A DNA stretch of 64,000 nucleotides from assembly GCA_964016885.1 (NCBI GenBank), contig OZ024744.1, positions 135,904,001 through 135,968,000 on the forward strand, read 5' to 3'. The translations under genes and the position numbers were made by a program. The notes below the pieces were generated by a model. That model did no database searches. It saw only the letters and a program-made list of their open reading frames with translations, and had not been told where the DNA came from. Numbering within the stretch: position 1 is the stretch's first letter; the number at the start of each line of letters is the position of its first letter. The DNA comes from Eledone cirrhosa. Lineage: Eukaryota. Of this stretch, positions 58,912 through 64,000 are shown piece by piece.

Positions 58912-61900
58912 TTGTAAGAAAAAAGTTACTAACTGATATAGAAATTGATCAGATCAAGCTAGTAGCACAAAGTCAGCGAAGGGAAAATGAAGCATGTGTC
59001 AGTGAAAACGAGGTAAACTGTAACACTTCGAATCCCAGGGTTGGGGCGGAATCACTGGCAACAGAACAAATTAAAGAAAGGAGCGAAAAAGTGGAGGGAG
59101 TGCATGCTCAGGATGAAACTCCAAATGAAAATAATGAGATCGTAAATGATAAAGAAATGAATGAGAATGAACTTGCCAACTTGAAGGATGAAATTATGAT
59201 CGAATGGATGAAAATGAAAGAATCTGACATGGGGCAACGAGACACCCTCCCTAAGATCCAGAACTCCAAACAGAACCAAAAGATAATACACAAGACTAAC
59301 ATAATTCTCAAAAACATTATCATCACAAACAAACTAAACATTACTGACTTAAATCATCTCTATTATGCATCGGCTAAAGTCACCACTCACTTATGTGGAG
59401 TGAAGATGAAAAAACAAAGGAATTCCCACAAGAAATCTACTTGGCAAGAGAACATCAATCGCCAAATAAACCTTCTCCGATCTGACATAGAAATTTTAAC
59501 AAACTATAAAGTAGGTGAACATGTTAAACAAACTAAACTTAGAAAATTGAAAAAAAAGTACAGTATAAGATCAACATGTGACATAGACATGCTGATAGAA
59601 ACAATCAAGCAAAAAGTGTCGGCCAAAGCTGCTCGTATAAGGCGCTTTGAAAAACGATCTAGATTCTATAAGGACAATAATATGTTCAAAAACAACCAAA
59701 GAAACTTCTACAGAAAAATTGGTAAGTCAACAATAACTGCTAAATCAATACCACCCAAGGAGGAAGTGCAAGAATTCTGGGAAAAGATCTGGGCCGAAGA
59801 AAAAGTTCATAATATACATGCCCCATGGATAGACAGACAAATGAAAGATACAGCTCACCTTGAGGAACAAACATGGGAAAATATAACAGTTGAACAGTTG
59901 CGCTTGGCTCTAAGAAAAACCAGCAAATGGAAATCCCCAGGAAAAGACAAAATACAAAACTTTTGGATAAATGACTTCACAGAGTCTCATGAGCTGTTAG
60001 CCCAACTTTACAATGAAATAGTTAAGGAGCCAGAAAAGATACCTTCATGGCTAGTTAACGGCATTACATTCCTGCTTCCGAAGAATGATGAGACAAACAA
60101 TCCCCAAAACTACAGACCGATAACTTGCTTGACCACAATGTATAAAATTTTAACATCAGTCCTAACTGAATACACATATGACCACCTGATAACAAATGAC
60201 CTATTTCCCATTGAGCAGAAAGGGTGTAAACGAGGCTCATATGGCTGTAAGGATCAGCTTCTGGTTAACAAAATGATACTGGAAGATTGTCATAATAGAC
60301 ACAAAAATCTATCGATTGCTTGGATAGATTATAAAAAAGCATTCGATAGTTTGCCACACAGTTGGATTGAAAAATGTTTAGAGATTTTCAAAATATCCCC
60401 CGTTGTCAGGAGGTTTTTGTCATTCAGTATGAAGACATGGAAAACGACACTCCTTTTGAATAGTGAAACAAAATCACTGGAAGCTGGAGAAGTTAATATT
60501 AATTGTGGAATTTTTCAGGGTGACTCTTTATCACCGCTTTTATTCTGCATCGCACTTATACCATTAAGTAAAATGCTCAATGAAACAAAACATGGATATA
60601 AAGTCTATGACAAAACCATTAATCACCTGTTCTACATGGATGACCTGAAACTATTTGCAAAAAATGATGAACAATTGCAAGGGCTATTATCCACTGTGAA
60701 GCAGTTCAGTGATGACATTAAAATGGAGTTTGGACTAGATAAATGCGCCAAAGCAACGTTCACCAGAGGAAAGCTGCTGAAGAGTTCAGACATTAATCTT
60801 GATCGGGGGAACGTGATAAGAGAACTTGATCAAGAAAAAACTTACAAATATCTAGGTGTTTGTGAAGGAGATGGAATCAAGCACTCGACAATGAGGGAAA
60901 GGATAAGGAAGGAATGTTACCGCAGAGTAAGAGCAATCTTAAGAACGTAATTGAATGCAAGGAATAGGATCGATGCCATAAACACGCTTGCCATACCAGT
61001 AGTAACCTACAGTTACAATGTCATCAACTGGTCAAGCACAGAGATCCGTAGGCTCGATACAAAAATTCGAAAATTCTTAACCATGCCCAGAATGCATCAC
61101 CCTAAGGCAGATATAGATAGAATATATCTCCCTAGGAAAGAAGGAGGACGTGGGTTAATCCAGTTAGACATTGCGTTGAAAACTGCAACAATTGGATTAT
61201 CTACATATCTAAGGGAATCACATGATTGGATGATCAAACTCGTTTTGAAACACGAAAGCATCAAAAGATCATACTCCATTACAAAAGATGCACAAAGATA
61301 CAGTAATGGACTACAAATTTCAGAAGTCCCATTTACTGCTGAAATGGAAAACACAGAAAAAGCAAAGCAGGTAAAAGTAACTGCAAAGAAAGAACTGCTA
61401 CAGAAACTGGCTAAGAAATGGCAAGAAAAGCCTCTGTATAGAAAATACCCAGAAAGAGCTAACAATCCTGATGTTGACAAAACTTTAACCCATCAGTGGT
61501 TGGCATCCTCTGGACTGAAATCGGAGACTGAAGGACTGATTATATCGGCACAAGATCAGTGTCTGCCAACAAAAAATTACCAAGCCAACATAATAAAAAA
61601 TGGGTGCAGCCCATTATGCCGTGTATGCAAAAAACAACCAGAGACCATTGACTATATAATTTCAATGTGCAGTCCTATAGCTCCAACCGAATACCTAAAC
61701 AGGCATGACAGAGCTGCACAATACATACATTGGATAATGTGTAAGCATTTTGACCTGCCCCATCAAAAGAATTGGTGGGAGCATCAACCACCTCCCATAC
61801 TTGAAAAAGGTTACATCTCAATCTTGTGGAACTTTAGCATCCAAACAGACCGAAAAATAGATGCAAATAGACCTGATATAATATTGAAAGACTTTCAAAA

Positions 61901-62327
61901 GAGGGTATGCCTGCTAATTGATATGTCTGTTCCAATAGACAAGAATGTATCTATCAAAACATTTGAAAAGTTGAGCAAGTATAAGGACCTGGAGATAGAA
62001 ATTGGAAAAATGTGGAAATTGAGAACTAAAACAATACCAGTGGTTGTAGGTGCTCTGGGAATGATACCTAAGGGGTCTAATGATTACTTATCGCAAATCC
62101 CAGGAAACCCGCGTATAGGAGAAATACAAAAGATAGTACTAATGGGAACTGCCCATATACTAAAGAAGATTCTGTCAATATAAGTACTTCACAAGTCTAA
62201 ACACCTAAAGATGCATGTGTGAGTATGTATGTTCTTTCTTGAACATGGCGGACCTTGTTGTCTCTTGAGGTCACTGGTTGTGACTTGGTGATAACTCGTA
62301 TGAACATAAAGCAAGATAAATGCAACT

Positions 62328-62370
<43 letters not shown>
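58877..62370 (+). mobile_element. 5'-truncated Dong/R4-clade non-LTR retrotransposon flanked by (TAA)n
   Basis: (TAA)n at 58,877-58,910 and 62,329-62,370. One long frame encodes RT, a zinc knuckle and a restriction-like endonuclease, followed by a ~145-bp 3' UTR. Confidence 0.92.
58911..62183 (+). pseudogene. Dong/R4 polyprotein (RT + CCHC-like + RLE endonuclease) with one in-frame stop at 60,948-60,950
   Basis: Motifs YRPITCL, WIDYKKAFDSLPH, GIFQGDSLSPLLF, YMDDLK, YKYLG, CRVC...ETIDYIISMC (H to Y), RHD, RPDII..LIDMS..KLSKY. The two track ORFs abut in the same frame across LRT*LNA. Confidence 0.92.
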
Positions 62371-62373
<3 letters not shown>

Positions 62374-62609
62374 TCGTTATGGAATCGCTCCCGTAAGTTT
62401 TTGATTTTTACTTATTTAAAACAACTGTGATAGAATAATTCTTATTACAAATGATGTATAAGATTACAGTTTTTACGCTCAGCAAGCCACAACACATCAC
62501 TTTATAGCATAGGGCCCCAATATTTAATATTTAATTTTGGATCAGAAATGTTATAGTCGAAAAAAGGAAAATGGCAAAATGGCTAAGTGGACAGACAGGC
62601 AAATAATTT

Positions 62610-62810
62610 CACCACCAACACCACCACCACCATCACCACTACTACCACGCCAAAAACTCTAGTCAAGTTACCTTAACTTCTATTTCAACTTCAACACCAT
62701 CACTACAGTACTACGATCACATCACCACAACCACTGTCTCATTATCGCTACCGCCGTTATTCTCTCCCACTACCTCCTGCTAAGAAATGCATCGTAGTAC
62801 CACCACTAAA
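62610..62810. repeat. Degenerate (CAC/CAT/TAC)n low-complexity region
   Basis: Imperfect ACC/ACT triplet runs. Confidence 0.65.
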
Positions 62811-63209
62811 AGAGGAAGGCATCAAAAGAGATAAATAGACTGATTTGATGACCCGGTCAAAAAATCAAAAATCAAAATCAAAACAGCACAGCAACAACGA
62901 AAAACGTAAAGAAAAGAAAAATGAAAATCAAAACAAACAGACAGACAGAGAAGGAGAAAAAAAAAAACTAAGTCAGACATTCAAACATTACATTACAATG
63001 AAACTTATGCTTATTCTTTTTGGGTGGTTTTTTTTTTTACCTATTTGTTTGTTTATTTATGTTCGTCTACAGCGTGATAGTGCCACACTAAAATCACCGG
63101 AGGTGATGAAATCACCAGTGGTTATGTAACCATACATTCACCAATCCTCGATAAGAGTGTTTAAATGTCGAACCTAAACAGTTCGAATAACGGTGAAGTG
63201 GAGACTTGA

Positions 63210-64000
63210 ATGTCATGTGACAGACTCTCACCCAGCAGGTGCTCCCTGGCTCAGCAGCAGGGACCTGGCTGTCAACCAAGTACTGCTGGTGTCGGAGGAA
63301 GAAGAAAGAAAGGGACCAGAACCAACTGGACGAAAGAATTGAATAGAACTGTTATGCAATGTTACCTGAAGAGTAACCCCAAGGAGAAAGGCTATAGGAA
63401 ACGGATGCATAAGATCTGGAACGAGATTGGTCTATTTAAATTAGATGAACAAAAATTGGCCGGGCAGGCTCGGGTAATAAGAACTAATGGGTGGATAAGC
63501 GAGCTGGAACTGGAGGAACTGAGCAGAGAGATTAGGTTGGAAATGGAGAGTGGAGTATGCCAGGCAAATAAGCCAGTGGGAAATGAAGGTGAGGAGGTTG
63601 AGAGAACGGAGGAACCATCCGAAGCAGACAATGATCTGAATGCTGAAATAAATAATACCTGGAACAAAGATACGGCCATTGAGGAAATGAATGCTGACGG
63701 GCTAGGACAAGATTTGGTTGATATCCTGAACTTAGTGGTAGATGAAATGAACAATGATAGTGGAAAACCTATGAACCTAAGATTTGTAGACAGGAAAAAG
63801 TTAAAAGAAACAACAGCTAAGGTAAACAAAGTCATCCCATACCTTGAGGCGAGGAGCTTTCACCAGTGCAACAATATCCTCAAAGCAACAGCAAATGCAG
63901 TGAGGAAATTACTTGGCATAAAAGCAAGAGGAAACAACAAACAAGAAAGATCAGAACCTTGGTGGAAGAAACGACTGAATGGTCAAATCAGGGAAATGAG
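63210..64000 (+). mobile_element. N-terminal part of a second, divergent Dong/R4-type ORF, open at the window edge (not in the ORF track)
   Basis: ATG at 63,210 opens 263 stop-free codons, including WTKELNRTVMQCYLKSNPKEKGYRKRMHKIW..EQKLAGQARVIRTNGWISELELEEL and EPWWKKRLNGQIREM. These align with IVRKKLLTDIEIDQI and STWQENINRQI of the first element. Confidence 0.85.

Noticed and set aside
60948-60953. Programmed readthrough or two-ORF organisation of the Dong element
   Set aside because: R4/Dong elements have a single ORF. A single GAA-to-TAA change explains the break, and other inactivating changes are present.
62845-63129. 94-aa Lys/Asn-rich ORF
   Set aside because: It derives from A-rich then T-rich low-complexity sequence, with no domain or splice support.

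Overview
Eukaryotic, repeat-dominated genomic DNA. The SINE/RTE repertoire suggests a mollusc, probably a cephalopod (inference). Bases 1-47,650 are one tandem array of roughly 550 monomers (90-bp consensus with 78-88-bp variants), containing near-identical 9.35-kb and 8.2-kb block duplications. The monomer is a 30-codon piece of an RTE-clade LINE ORF (DELREKLGIRGIRCSV*ERRLCWYRHVMCM), and the array runs in frame into the 3' remainder and tail of its parent LINE at 47,651-47,850. About 1 kb away, a second 64-bp minisatellite arose from the homologous RLRW-GHV-RM segment of a different RTE family, and a third minisatellite arose from the RTE/SINE 3' UTR. Four in-phase minus-strand exons of PIK3R4/Vps15 lie at 58,853-48,228. 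No further exon is visible, so the satellite probably fills an intron of at least 48 kb. The introns also contain two Dong/R4-type retrotransposons (one in a TAA tract), a CR1 fragment nested in a SINE, tRNA-derived SINEs, Helitrons, a 320-bp palindrome and hammerhead-like motifs. All family assignments come from motif recognition by eye, not database searches.
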